The position numbers were made by a program, and so were the translations under genes. Shown here one piece after another: positions 18,546 through 28,733 of a DNA stretch of 64,000 nt. Location of the stretch: NCBI GenBank assembly GCA_964410585.1, contig CAYPFW010000003.1, positions 1 to 64,000 on the forward strand, written 5' to 3'. The notes below the pieces were generated by a model. The model saw nothing but the letters and a program-made list of their open reading frames with translations. It did no database searches and was not told the origin of the DNA. Numbering within the stretch: the stretch's first letter is position 1; each line of letters opens with the position of its first letter. The stretch comes from an uncultured archaeon (GTDB lineage Archaea; Aenigmatarchaeota; Aenigmatarchaeia; QMZP01; JACQNV01).

Positions 18546-18989
18546 TTATCTATTGATTTTGTTCTCTGAAGTCAGGCTTTCTAACATGTTTGCTACATGT
18601 CTTGGGTTTTTTATGTGCGGCATTGTGATTCCGTGGCCTGAAAATGACTCTATCCTCACTGTACCTATGTCAAAAATGTATTTTAAAAATGGGTTTTGAT
18701 GGACATGTATATCTAGATTGAAACTGTGCAGTACGCTTCTTTTTCTCTGACCAAAGCTCTTTATTTCTACTATATTTTCTTTTGTAATTTTGTGATAGTC
18801 TTTGTGCCTGAGAATTTCGGGAAGCAGAAGAAGGATTAAAACCATTCCATAAAAAAGGAGTATAAGCGACCTATTAATTGAATAAAAATTGCCGATGTAT
18901 ATTGATAAAGCAAAAACTATGACAGCAACCAAATAATAGCTTAAATATTTCACTCTGCTCGGTTTGATTGTAATCAAGTGCTCAGCCAT
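18546..18989 (-). CDS. Membrane protein with bacterial PH (bPH_2)-like domain
   Basis: Two TM helices, then Q.P...IFDIGTVRIES and HIKNP motifs. Confidence 0.7.
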   Translation of the reverse strand: MAEHLITIKPSRVKYLSYYLVAVIVFALSIYIGNFYSINRSLILLFYGMVLILLLLPEILRHKDYHKITKENIVEIKSFGQRKRSVLHSFNLDIHVHQNPFLKYIFDIGTVRIESFSGHGITMPHIKNPRHVANMLESLTSENKINR

Positions 18990-19042
18990 ACACTATTTGT
19001 CTACAAAAGAATATAAGATGCTCGACAGCTAAATTATAATTG

Positions 19043-19621
19043 ATGAATAAATATTTGATTCCTGTTCTGGCTATTTTACTTTCGGTTATTGTTGGTATTA
19101 TTTTACCTAAAATTTTCTACCAGTGGCTATCTATTTTTTCGTCCCCGCTAAAAAATTTTGACATACTTTGGATACTTATTCCTGTGTGGATCTCTTGGTT
19201 TTTTGCTGAGTTTTTCCAGGAAAAAATTGGCACGAGCTTTGGAAATGCAATATCAAACGGGGTCATTCCTGTTTGGGTTGGGATAGATTGGATGAGGCTA
19301 ATTGTTAACGGTTTGGTTAGTAGGGAATTTACACTAAATTCTGTTGTTGGACTTAAACTCTTCATTTGTTTTATTATTTTGGTATATGGGATTGTGATAA
19401 TCATTGATGGGATAAAAGCTAAGAGATTCATTCATTTTATTGGAAGGATAAGGGAAGTGAGCTACATTCTCATTGTTTTAACACCGGCTATCTATGACAT
19501 TGTTCCGATAACCACAGAATATATTTTATCAATAATAATTTTCTTCCCACTGTTTTACTATATTATAGAATTTGTGGACAAACTTTTGCCAGATCCAGGT
19601 GTGATAGAACTAGATAAATAG
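19043..19621 (+). CDS. Hypothetical multi-pass membrane protein
   Basis: Several TM helices; EFFQEK.GTSFGNAISNG motif. Confidence 0.7.
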   Translation: MNKYLIPVLAILLSVIVGIILPKIFYQWLSIFSSPLKNFDILWILIPVWISWFFAEFFQEKIGTSFGNAISNGVIPVWVGIDWMRLIVNGLVSREFTLNSVVGLKLFICFIILVYGIVIIIDGIKAKRFIHFIGRIREVSYILIVLTPAIYDIVPITTEYILSIIIFFPLFYYIIEFVDKLLPDPGVIELDK

Positions 19622-19622
19622 G

Positions 19623-19934
19623 CTATTTCAACAATCCTCTTTTCCTAAGAACATTAGCTTGAACACCCGTATATCTAAAAATAACATCGCCTTTTTCATT
19701 TGGTTCTATTTCCCATGGCTCAACTAAAACAACATCACCGAGCTGCACCCAAACATTTCTTTTGAGGCTACCAGGAACCCTACATATTCTTGTTTTTCCA
19801 TCTACGCATGCAATCCTAAACCTACTTCCGCCTAACATCTCTTCTGTTATACCTAGGACTTCCTTTCCTCTTGGAAGTCTAACCCTTATATATTCCCCAG
19901 GAGGTCCTTGGGGCTGCGGTTTTTGAAAAGCCAT
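19623..19934 (-). CDS. eif1a: Translation initiation factor aIF-1A
   Basis: RVRLPR, MLGGSR, CVDGKTRICRVPG and KGDVIFRY motifs. Confidence 0.95.
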   Translation of the reverse strand: MAFQKPQPQGPPGEYIRVRLPRGKEVLGITEEMLGGSRFRIACVDGKTRICRVPGSLKRNVWVQLGDVVLVEPWEIEPNEKGDVIFRYTGVQANVLRKRGLLK

Positions 19935-19964
19935 AAGAAGTAATATACAAGCGATCTTTATATA

Positions 19965-20963
19965 TCATTTAACTTTGAACCTCAAAAAACAGCCAATTCC
20001 ACCAAGCTTCAAAAACTGCTCGCCTGCAGAATGGTCAGAATTTATCAAAACAACTTGGCCTTTCATCTCTTCTGTTTTTTGCATTAAATGTTCAAATTCA
20101 TCTATTTTTTCAACAGAAACTAAAAGCGTGTCAACAGCACCCATGTCTACTGATTCTTGAACTTCTTTTTTCCCATAAGTAACAAGCTCACCCTTGTTCA
20201 ATCTTTTCAAAAACTCGTCAACAAATTTTGCTTCCCTAGACACCCGGGTTTCTGTTAGGATTTTGTTTGCTGTTCGCTTCAAAACTTCCTCAACACCTGG
20301 TTGGCCTGTATAGGATGCTTGTTCCAAAACAATTTTTTTTGCTAGATCTCTTTTGTTTTTTTGGATATATTCTAATAAGTTTTCTTTTTCAAAACCAGGA
20401 CCAGCGACAATTATTTTCTGGTTTGGGTCAACTGATTTGCTTTCCAAATACTCTGAAACTTCCTTGTAATAAGGATCTCTTTCATCGCCTTCTACATCTG
20501 GCTTTAAGTCCACAAAATATTTTATTCCAGATTCCATCAAACCTGCAATAGAAGCCTCATCCCTATCTAAAACACATATAAGTAAAAGCGGTTTTTTTAT
20601 CCTTGATTTTTCCAATCTATCCAATTGGTGCCTTTTCCAAACTTTTTTTATTTCAAAATCATCGCCTATTTCTAACCTGAGAGTGTGATAGCCTTTGTCA
20701 ACTGAATCCGGCCCTTCTGATATTTTTCCAGATAGCCTTACTTCAGAATCTAGGTCTATTTTCTCAACCTCTATTGTAAGAACAACTGTTTCCCTGTCGC
20801 CTTTTGAGACCTCAGAACCTCTTTTGATTGTTGTCCTTCTTGTGGTTTTTGCCCTAACCAAATCACCTTTTTCGAGGATATGTTTGAGATGCCAAATATC
20901 ATCTGTGCTTGAGATTTTTAGCCTATATATCCCATTTTTCTTGTCCGCATGCAAAATTTCCAT
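19965..20963 (-). CDS. pelA: mRNA surveillance protein Pelota
   Basis: DDIWHL, YHTL, AGPGFEK, TYGKKEV and LGGIGCFLRF motifs. Confidence 0.95.
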   Translation of the reverse strand: MEILHADKKNGIYRLKISSTDDIWHLKHILEKGDLVRAKTTRRTTIKRGSEVSKGDRETVVLTIEVEKIDLDSEVRLSGKISEGPDSVDKGYHTLRLEIGDDFEIKKVWKRHQLDRLEKSRIKKPLLLICVLDRDEASIAGLMESGIKYFVDLKPDVEGDERDPYYKEVSEYLESKSVDPNQKIIVAGPGFEKENLLEYIQKNKRDLAKKIVLEQASYTGQPGVEEVLKRTANKILTETRVSREAKFVDEFLKRLNKGELVTYGKKEVQESVDMGAVDTLLVSVEKIDEFEHLMQKTEEMKGQVVLINSDHSAGEQFLKLGGIGCFLRFKVK

Positions 20964-20972
20964 AGAAAATTT

Positions 20973-21104
20973 CTATTTTACTAAACCATGATGCTTAGCT
21001 ATACCTCGTTTTACTAAAATTTCTAATTCTTCTATATCTTTCTGTGTTAATTTGCTTTTATTTGATATAACCTCTGATAATTCAATCTTTAGGCGTTTTT
21101 CCAT
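20973..21104 (-). CDS. 43-aa ORF resembling the C-terminal half of archaeal RHH-type antitoxins (possible remnant)
   Basis: Manual translation MEKRLKIELSEVISNKSKLTQKDIEELEILVKRGIAKHHGLVK; SD AGGTGA upstream. Confidence 0.5.
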   Translation of the reverse strand: MEKRLKIELSEVISNKSKLTQKDIEELEILVKRGIAKHHGLVK

Positions 21105-21160
21105 AGTTCTATCACCTGATTAAGTATTAAAGTTTATGGTTATAATAATTAAGATCAGCA

Positions 21161-21323
21161 GGGCTTGAGTAGTGGAAGGCGTAAAAATTTTCGAGTCCAG
21201 AGACGAAGAAAATTTTAGCCTCCTGTTTCTGCTTAAGCTCTTTCGTGTCTCGCAGAGTGCGTAGGACACGAGACATCTCATCATCCAATACATCCCGTGA
21301 GATGCTGATTGAGAAAGAGCTTA
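21161..21323 (+). repeat. Composite repeat: module C (21172-21223) inside an outer stem, followed by module B inside the AAGCTCTTTC/GAAAGAGCTT hairpin
   Basis: C matches 22428-22476; 21240-21273 is an exact 34-bp reverse complement of 49416-49449. Confidence 0.9.
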
Positions 21324-22417
21324 TGGATGACTTTTTAATTGTCTTGGTAATTGCTTTAGCATTGATAGTTGTATTTGGATTCTTTTTCACAAATGCACCT
21401 TTGCCAACACCAAAAGATAGCCTGACACTCATTGAATTTGATGTTGGAAGAGTTGGCTACTCATCTTCTGTGCCTTCACGCGAAGTAAATATAGGCAGGT
21501 TCATTGCTGGCTTGCAACAAGAAGAGACAATAAGGGATATACCTGTTTTCGAAGTGAGTGCAAATGCTTTCTCAGCTGACAAGAAAACATATGATGTTGC
21601 TGTTGACAAAAATGTTTTAAAAAGTCTTGAAAAAGTTAATATCAATTTCAATATCAAAGAATCAAACCTCTACAACAACCTCGTTGTTGAGTGGAATGGA
21701 CAAAAAGTTTTTGACCAAAAAGCTCAGGGAGTCCAGAACATACAAATACCAAAAGAAAACATAACAGAGCAAAATTTATTAGAAATTTATACTTCAGGTA
21801 GCTGGTATTTTTGGGCGTCAACAATTTATGAAATTGAGGATTTCAAGGTAAAGCAAGAATATGGAGAAGCCAGAATTGTTCCATTTTCTATTAATTTGAA
21901 TGAGTTTGAAACCTTGGACAGGGGAGAATTGAAATTTGTTGTTACAAGCAAAACCTCTCTTGGAGATTTGATAATCAAGCTAAATGGGAATGAAATTTAC
22001 AATCAATATCCAAGCACGCTTGGCGAAGCTAAAATAGATGATCCTAACCTGTTTGTTATAGGCAACAATGTCTTGAGTTTTGTTGCTAGAACAGGTGTAT
22101 TTGAACTGAGTGATGTTGCACTAAACTTGTATTCAAACACAAAAACAGTGACAAAACAGAAGAACTTTGACTTGGACCAAGCAAGGATGGATAAACTAAA
22201 AGATGCGCTTGTAAACCTTGTTGTTGATGTTAAAAATGTTGAAAAACAGGGCTCGCTTATTGTGGAATTGAACGAAAACAGGATACAGCTAGACATAAAA
22301 GACCCTGGATTGAAGACAGTAGGCTTTGACAAATCTTATTTGAAAAAAGGCGAAAACACAATCTTGTTTAGATCAACAGGAAACTTCGAGATAAACAAGA
22401 TCACAATAAAGCAGTAG
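21323..22417 (+). CDS. Hypothetical membrane-anchored beta-sandwich surface protein
   Basis: ATG 21323 followed by a TM helix; three internally similar beta-rich units (L.V.LNG..I, G.N.L). Confidence 0.75.
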   Translation: MDDFLIVLVIALALIVVFGFFFTNAPLPTPKDSLTLIEFDVGRVGYSSSVPSREVNIGRFIAGLQQEETIRDIPVFEVSANAFSADKKTYDVAVDKNVLKSLEKVNINFNIKESNLYNNLVVEWNGQKVFDQKAQGVQNIQIPKENITEQNLLEIYTSGSWYFWASTIYEIEDFKVKQEYGEARIVPFSINLNEFETLDRGELKFVVTSKTSLGDLIIKLNGNEIYNQYPSTLGEAKIDDPNLFVIGNNVLSFVARTGVFELSDVALNLYSNTKTVTKQKNFDLDQARMDKLKDALVNLVVDVKNVEKQGSLIVELNENRIQLDIKDPGLKTVGFDKSYLKKGENTILFRSTGNFEINKITIKQ

Positions 22418-22427
22418 ATTGTTTTGC

Positions 22428-22489
22428 GTGGAAGCCGTAAAAATTTTCGAATCGAAATGAGAAAATTTTAGGCTCCTGTTTTTGATTAA
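22428..22489 (+). repeat. Module C
   Basis: GTGGAAGCCGTAAAAATTTTCG...GAAAATTTTAGGCTCCTGTTT, a direct repeat of 21172-21236. Confidence 0.9.
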
Positions 22490-22537
22490 CCTTTTTTGAG
22501 AAAAAGGTTATTTATACGAATTCTACAAAGTAATACT

Positions 22538-24496
22538 ATGGCAAGGGATCCCAGATTGGAAAACCAGGAATGTCTTGAATGTCTTAAGAAAGGACAAAAT
22601 GGAAAGTTGATAAATACTGATGTGAGGGATCCTGGAACAAGGCAGCTAATCTATTCTTGCAATTATTGCGGACGACAATATACATACGATGAATGGTTTT
22701 CTGAATACGAAGCAGTCACGAGACCAGAGGTTCCACATAGTCCTGAAGAAGCTGAAAAAAATGTAAGGAGGCTTATTTCTGACCTCAAAAAAAGAGAAGG
22801 TGAACCAATAAATCAAGAAGAAGCAAAGAGAAATATCAAGGACCTTTTTTCTAGGTTAGGTAGAAGAAAGGATGAACCACACGATCCAAAAGAAGCTGAA
22901 AAAAAAATAAAACAAATGTACGCGGATCTTGGTAGAAAAGAAAATCTTTCAGCAAATCCTGATGCACGTGAACGAATAAATGAAATGATGGAGGGAATGG
23001 GAAGATCCCCAGGCACATTGGTTATTAGAGGTTTCTATGATGATGCACCTATAGTTGATGATGCTTTTATTTCGCGGGCTGAACCAAAAAACCAATTGTA
23101 TTCACTTGGTATTCAGCTTGTGGGAAAAACTCTCCCAACAAGACCAGTAGAGGTCCCAGTTGGAAAATACACAATAACTATTGAATATACAACACCATCT
23201 GGCAGTGTTCTTGAAAAAACCAAAAGTGCAATTGTGAAATCTCAAGAGATAACTATATTGGATTTCAACTTTTCTTCTTCTGACAAACCGCCGAAAATCA
23301 CTGGACCGCACCCACACGGAGGATCTGGGCCTGGAAACATACATGGACATGTCACAGATGCTGATGGAAATCCTCTACAGGACGCAAATGTCTATTTACT
23401 TGGTGGGGATCTTGTTAATTACAATGCTATTACAGATCACTTAGGCTATTACAGAATAGATGTTGGCAATCTAAAGGGCGAATTTAGAGTAGCTGTTAAT
23501 CTCTACGGCTATAAAACAAAAATAAAAAAACTCCAAAGAGCACGTCAAGACAAATACCAAATTTGTGATTTTAAGTTGAATCCATCTGAGGGAGCTCCGG
23601 CACCACCAACACCTCCAGGGGCGCCGACGCCACCAGGAACACCAACTCCCCCAACACCATATAGAGGAGAAATTTGGGGATATGTAACAGATTCTAAAAA
23701 GGATACTCCAATTAGAGGGGCAACAATCACTTTGCCTCAAATACTTGGACCAGGAGGGCCTCTATCCTCAACAACAGGAAACGATGGATATTATATAATA
23801 CGAAACGTGAATAGGCGAGGCGCAACAAGAGTAGTTGCTAGAGCAAACAACTACAGTCAAGCAACACAGACAATAAGCAGAGCACATCCAGACGAATCAT
23901 CGCAAGCTGATTTCAAATTAGTTCGTTCAGGGAGAGTCCCTGTTCCAGATAGAGTTGCTGTTGGTCTTGGTGTAAATTTCAATAGGCTAGTTGGATCAAT
24001 AATTTCAATAATCATGGGTTTGATAGTTTCATCTCTTTTAGGGAACCCATATTTCTTTTTTGGATTTTTGCTTTTTGGTGCATCGATACTTATGCCAAAT
24101 GCAGAGGACCTTCACACTGTACAGCGATTAATGAGGGCTATCAGGCAGAGAAATAGTGGTAGAATAAACTGGATACAACAAAGTAACATACCTGATGCAG
24201 ACAAAATAAGACAAATAAATGAAATTGTCCAGACAGAAGTTAATAGCCTTAATGTTGAAAGACTTTTGATAGGCATGCATAGAGATGATTCATTTAGGGT
24301 AAACGGAACGCTGATTTTAAAACATCTATTCAAAGCAGCGGGAATTTTATCTTTTGTTTTGGCTTTCGTAAACACAGGATTACCATTCTCAAATATCTTA
24401 GCTTTAATTGGCGCATTTGTAGGATACTTTGCAATGGGCGGATATAGGCTACCAACTCAACAAACAACAACGCCTGCAACACCACCAGCTTCGTAA
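22538..24496 (+). CDS. Multidomain membrane protein: Zn-ribbon, helical repeats, carboxypeptidase-regulatory-like (Cna-B) domains, Pro-rich linker, C-terminal TMs
   Basis: CLEC...CNYC; G.VTD..G.P...A.V and TTGNDGYYII units; PPTP tract. Confidence 0.75.
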   Translation: MARDPRLENQECLECLKKGQNGKLINTDVRDPGTRQLIYSCNYCGRQYTYDEWFSEYEAVTRPEVPHSPEEAEKNVRRLISDLKKREGEPINQEEAKRNIKDLFSRLGRRKDEPHDPKEAEKKIKQMYADLGRKENLSANPDARERINEMMEGMGRSPGTLVIRGFYDDAPIVDDAFISRAEPKNQLYSLGIQLVGKTLPTRPVEVPVGKYTITIEYTTPSGSVLEKTKSAIVKSQEITILDFNFSSSDKPPKITGPHPHGGSGPGNIHGHVTDADGNPLQDANVYLLGGDLVNYNAITDHLGYYRIDVGNLKGEFRVAVNLYGYKTKIKKLQRARQDKYQICDFKLNPSEGAPAPPTPPGAPTPPGTPTPPTPYRGEIWGYVTDSKKDTPIRGATITLPQILGPGGPLSSTTGNDGYYIIRNVNRRGATRVVARANNYSQATQTISRAHPDESSQADFKLVRSGRVPVPDRVAVGLGVNFNRLVGSIISIIMGLIVSSLLGNPYFFFGFLLFGASILMPNAEDLHTVQRLMRAIRQRNSGRINWIQQSNIPDADKIRQINEIVQTEVNSLNVERLLIGMHRDDSFRVNGTLILKHLFKAAGILSFVLAFVNTGLPFSNILALIGAFVGYFAMGGYRLPTQQTTTPATPPAS

Positions 24497-24497
24497 T

Positions 24498-26558
24498 ATG
24501 ACATACGCAAGGACAGATTATATCAGGGCATGGATGAGGTCGGCATTTGGGTTAGTTGTAGCTCTCTTAATTTTGTATGTACTGAATTCTGTTTTCTTAG
24601 CTCTCTTAGCCTTTACGTTCTTGTGTTTCATTCCTTTCCAGAAAGATGTACTTGAGCGGACATTCAATGGTGCGATATTTGGAATTCTGATGGTGATAAT
24701 CCTATTGTTTGCTTTTGGGTTTGGTGCAATCACAGATATTGGCTTAGGACTAAGTTTAGGTACTCAGCTTCAGCCCATTCAATATTTTTTGATCTTTTTA
24801 TTAGTGACTGGAATAATGTATAGGGCTCTTTTTTTCGCAGCATCCTCTGTTTCATATTTTAATTGGGCAACTGCTCTCAGAAGATCTATGAGAGGTGTTA
24901 GGAGCAGTGGATTTTCTACATTTTTAATAATTTTGATAGTTGCTTGTTTAATTTTGCTGATTGGACCGCCTTTATTTTGGCCATTCACTGCAACAAGCCT
25001 CCAGCCTTGGCTTTGGAATTCATCTGCAATAATTTTCACTGGAATTTGGCTCATCTCCTTCCTCGGTGGAGTTTTCTCTGATGTCCAATCAAGGCAAATC
25101 ATGGGAGTTGTGATGATTCTGCTTTCTTTTGTCATCTTCACTTTGGGAATTGGCTCAAACATTGTTGGAGAGGCTGCTTTTGGCCAGTGGTGGCCGCTTG
25201 TAAAGGATTTCGGGGATAGCACGATAGGACCAGTGATAAGTTCAATTGGAAATTTCATGGATTCTATGAAAGAAGGATGGAGACTGATATCTTGTCCATC
25301 CTGTGTTGTGCAAGACATAATTGAGGGAAGGTTTGGAAAAGATCCACAAACAGGATTAGCAGGTGCACTTGGTGTCGAGTTTATCCAACCCCCAAGGTCA
25401 ACTCCTGTGTTCCCTTACAGCGATTATTCTGTAACAATGGAAGTGAAGAACCAAGGCGCTGTTGATGCTGAAAATGTTAGGATAAGTATGCTTCCCGGAG
25501 AAAAACTTCCTGAAGTAGGTTTGATAAATCCTGATAAAATAGGACTAAGGGAGCTTGGCTTTGCATCGCCATCAATTGAGGAAATAGGAAAGCTATCAAA
25601 GGAGGAATCTAGGAGGATAGAATTTGAAGCAACACCTCTGGTATGTGAAGTTGTGAACAAATACAAGTTAGAATCAAAAATCCTTCCTCTTGTCGCAAAA
25701 TTGGAATATGATTACAATGTTAACTCAAAATTAGATTTTGAAGTTTATGATTCAGTTAAGTGGGATGAAGAAATTGAAAAAACAAACAGAGTTAGTGTGC
25801 AGAAAAAGCCAGCTGAGCTAACAAATTCTCCAGTTAAACTGAATTTGGATGTTGGCGAGCAGCCAAAAAGAGAAGGGGAAAAAGTTATAGTAAGTATATC
25901 TTTGAGTCCAGCAAAAGACGGAATAAAAATAGAAAATGTTTCTAAGATTGTTTTACACTATCCAAAAGAACTTCAGTGGAACGAAAAAAGAGGATGCAAG
26001 GGATGGACGTCTGGATTGGATAACACAATAATTTGGGCAGGGTCATTCCCTAAATCAAATGCAGTTAACTGCCATTTTGATGTTCCACTTTTAGATGTGC
26101 CTTCAACAACATTCCAATTTTCAGCAGAAGCTGAATATTCTGTTTCAACATTAAGGGACTTTAACCAAAAAATAGAATGGAGAACAGGCTGCTGTTCGGA
26201 AAGAGTTTGCTCTCCTGGATTGAAATGCTCTTGGAAACCAGGTGATACAGAAACGGGAAGATGTGAAGCAGAACCAGGAAATGGGGGAAGCGGAAATGCA
26301 ACTGGTTTTGGACAATCTAAATTTTGCGAAAATTGGAATAACCAAGGAAAAGAATGTCAAGTTGGTTGGGGTGGGTGCACAGATATAAACCAATGTGTGG
26401 ACCAGACAGCTCCTGGAAACCCAGTAACAGGAACAAGTGTCCCTGTTATCTGTAGAGACGTTCCGGGAATAAACAATCCGGTTTGCTGTCCAAATGATCC
26501 TAGCTATGACACATATTGTGGAGACGAATTTACAAAAGAACTGACTAAGACTATTTAG
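24498..26558 (+). CDS. Multi-TM membrane protein with Ig-like domains and Cys-rich C-terminus
   Basis: About 7 TM helices, VKNQGAVDAENV CARDB-like strand, more than 10 Cys in the tail; starts 1 nt after the previous stop. Confidence 0.75.
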   Translation: MTYARTDYIRAWMRSAFGLVVALLILYVLNSVFLALLAFTFLCFIPFQKDVLERTFNGAIFGILMVIILLFAFGFGAITDIGLGLSLGTQLQPIQYFLIFLLVTGIMYRALFFAASSVSYFNWATALRRSMRGVRSSGFSTFLIILIVACLILLIGPPLFWPFTATSLQPWLWNSSAIIFTGIWLISFLGGVFSDVQSRQIMGVVMILLSFVIFTLGIGSNIVGEAAFGQWWPLVKDFGDSTIGPVISSIGNFMDSMKEGWRLISCPSCVVQDIIEGRFGKDPQTGLAGALGVEFIQPPRSTPVFPYSDYSVTMEVKNQGAVDAENVRISMLPGEKLPEVGLINPDKIGLRELGFASPSIEEIGKLSKEESRRIEFEATPLVCEVVNKYKLESKILPLVAKLEYDYNVNSKLDFEVYDSVKWDEEIEKTNRVSVQKKPAELTNSPVKLNLDVGEQPKREGEKVIVSISLSPAKDGIKIENVSKIVLHYPKELQWNEKRGCKGWTSGLDNTIIWAGSFPKSNAVNCHFDVPLLDVPSTTFQFSAEAEYSVSTLRDFNQKIEWRTGCCSERVCSPGLKCSWKPGDTETGRCEAEPGNGGSGNATGFGQSKFCENWNNQGKECQVGWGGCTDINQCVDQTAPGNPVTGTSVPVICRDVPGINNPVCCPNDPSYDTYCGDEFTKELTKTI

Positions 26559-26560
26559 AA

Positions 26561-26818
26561 TTAATCGTAGACACGATCCCTATGATCAATTTCAACAACT
26601 ATTATTTTGTTTTCAGCATGATTTATCCTGTAAAGTACTCTATATTTTCCAACTCTAACACGAAAGATGGGCTCTGACCTACCAACTATTCGTTTTGCAT
26701 CTTGGGGGACAGGATCATTTTTGAGTTTTTGCATTTTCTCAACAAGTCTATCATATAGATGTACATCACATTTTTCTAGAAATTTAATTGGCTGCTTATC
26801 AAGGAAAACTTCAAACAT
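26561..26818 (-). CDS. relE: RelE/ParE family toxin
   Basis: FRVRVGKYRVLY and IDHRDRVY motifs. Confidence 0.9.
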   Translation of the reverse strand: MFEVFLDKQPIKFLEKCDVHLYDRLVEKMQKLKNDPVPQDAKRIVGRSEPIFRVRVGKYRVLYRINHAENKIIVVEIDHRDRVYD

Positions 26819-26823
26819 ATTCC

Positions 26824-27024
26824 CTAAGCCCTTCTTAACTTTTCAAGCTGAACAAGTTTTCCTTCTTTCTCATTTCTTATGCTTTCGTCCAAGAGTATAT
26901 GTTCTTCCTTGGTTAGTATAGTATCTACGTCGACCATATGATCTTTAATTTCATTTAATTCTTCTTTTATCCCTTTCAACTCTTGGAGAATTTGCTTTTC
27001 CACTTGCTCTTGCATAAACTTCAC
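26824..27024 (-). CDS. Putative antitoxin
   Basis: Small acidic protein 5 nt upstream of relE; D.ILT.EE motif. Confidence 0.75.
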   Translation of the reverse strand: MKFMQEQVEKQILQELKGIKEELNEIKDHMVDVDTILTKEEHILLDESIRNEKEGKLVQLEKLRRA

Positions 27025-27126
27025 CTAATTATATTTGATTTTAGTGTTTAAAAATTAGATAGTTTCTTTTAAATGATCAGCTCAGAAAGTAAAATAGTGA
27101 AGCCCAAAAACAGAGGCTTCAAAAAA

Positions 27127-28200
27127 TTATTTGCCTTCGCTAAAAGCATTTTCTTGGTCTTTCAACATGTCTTGGAATTCTTTAGCTGATTTTCCAAGCG
27201 TTGCTGATGCTGCATCCATTAAAGCTTGGTCTGTTTCATCTACAATTAGGGCAGCGTCGCCTTGTAATCGAGCTCCAACTCTGTCTCTAAGATCAGCTGC
27301 ATCTCGTGTGAACCTGTCTTTTTCTTTTGATGCAGTTGCTTCCATGTCAGCTGTTGTTTCTCTGTAAACACCTTCCCTAAACGCTTTCAGGTCTTGTGCA
27401 CTGATACGTCTTGCTGCTCCAGCTTCTCTTGCAATATCACCCATTGCACTGTATCTCAGAGCTGATGCAGGATCAGATGGTGTTAAGTGGACTTGGGAAC
27501 TTGAATCAACCAACCTGTATCTTGGGTGACCTACTGGTGTTCTGCTTTGCTCCCACTCATATCCATTTGCAAAAAATATTCCGTTTTGATCTGTTATTAA
27601 AACTTCCAAAGGCCAATCTGTATCAACTTGCGCACCTTTTATCCTCATTGTCCTTTGGTTCAAAACTTCTTCTGACAATAGGACAAATTTATAGTTTGGT
27701 TGACCTCTTTCATCTAAATCAACATTTGCCAAATTATCTGCTGCAAGTTTTAGCATTTCAGGTGTGACCGCTCTGTCTTTCAAAACAACTTGAGTAAGTA
27801 ATCCTTGTATTTCTAATTCTTTGTAAACCGTATCTCTTCCCGCTTGAGTAGGATCCTTTGCTGTTGCCTTCACTACTTCTTCATTTATTTTTTTAAAATC
27901 TTCTGGGAAAGCTAAGTAAAATGAAAGTTGTGTTTCTCCCGGCAATGTGTTTTTTGCAATTATTCCTTGCGGAGCATCTAACCTAACTGAATCGTAAACT
28001 ATGCTTGGTTCTCTTGCTAATCTGTACAAATCAAGTTGCTGTCGTCTAGGTGCTGGTTCGCTTTGTGCTTCTTGAGCTGCTCTTTGAGCTTCGAGTGCTC
28101 TTAATTCTCTACAATCTCTAATCGCTACTGCGCTCCCCATTAATGCAGCTCCGACACCAACTGCTATTACATACCCTAATACACGACTTCCTTCTGGCAT
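27127..28200 (-). CDS. Hypothetical membrane-anchored protein
   Basis: ATG 28200 with GGAGA SD; N-terminal TM; Ala/Arg/Asp-rich helical C-terminus. Confidence 0.65.
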   Translation of the reverse strand: MPEGSRVLGYVIAVGVGAALMGSAVAIRDCRELRALEAQRAAQEAQSEPAPRRQQLDLYRLAREPSIVYDSVRLDAPQGIIAKNTLPGETQLSFYLAFPEDFKKINEEVVKATAKDPTQAGRDTVYKELEIQGLLTQVVLKDRAVTPEMLKLAADNLANVDLDERGQPNYKFVLLSEEVLNQRTMRIKGAQVDTDWPLEVLITDQNGIFFANGYEWEQSRTPVGHPRYRLVDSSSQVHLTPSDPASALRYSAMGDIAREAGAARRISAQDLKAFREGVYRETTADMEATASKEKDRFTRDAADLRDRVGARLQGDAALIVDETDQALMDAASATLGKSAKEFQDMLKDQENAFSEGK

Positions 28201-28201
28201 A

Positions 28202-28732
28202 TTATTCATCTCCTTTTGGAACTGGGTTTGCTTCTTCAACTCCTTGTTCCATTTTTTCTAAAAATGCTTCTCTGTCCTTGTTCAAGACGCTTTCAATTTT
28301 TCTTTCCATACCTGCTTCGTATGCATCGCCTGCTGCTCCTAACTCAATATATCTTGCTCTTATAAATTCAGCAGCTGCTCTGTCCTTTTGTTGCTCATAT
28401 CTTTTTCTTAATTCCAAATACCTACTTTGTCTTGGTGTTGGCTCTGCGATTTTTGGAGCAACTGGCTCAGGTTTTTGTACTGGCGGTAAAGTTGAATCAT
28501 CTACTGGCTTTGTTGGTTCTGGAACAATTTCTTCAGGCTCTACATTAGTTGCAGTGTCTTGAGGCACTCTATCTCTAGCACCATATGCTCCTGAGATTTG
28601 AGGCTCAGAATCGTTTCTTGAATAGTGAAATCTATCCCAAATAACAGCACCTGTTAATATTGTTAAAACTGCTCCTGTTAATCCAAGCTTAGCACGTGTA
28701 CTCAATCCGCCAACATATTTTGTATCTGACAT
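28202..28732 (-). CDS. Hypothetical membrane-anchored protein
   Basis: ATG 28732, TM helix, Pro/Glu-rich linker, charged helix. Confidence 0.65.
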   Translation of the reverse strand: MSDTKYVGGLSTRAKLGLTGAVLTILTGAVIWDRFHYSRNDSEPQISGAYGARDRVPQDTATNVEPEEIVPEPTKPVDDSTLPPVQKPEPVAPKIAEPTPRQSRYLELRKRYEQQKDRAAAEFIRARYIELGAAGDAYEAGMERKIESVLNKDREAFLEKMEQGVEEANPVPKGDE

Positions 28733-28733
28733 A

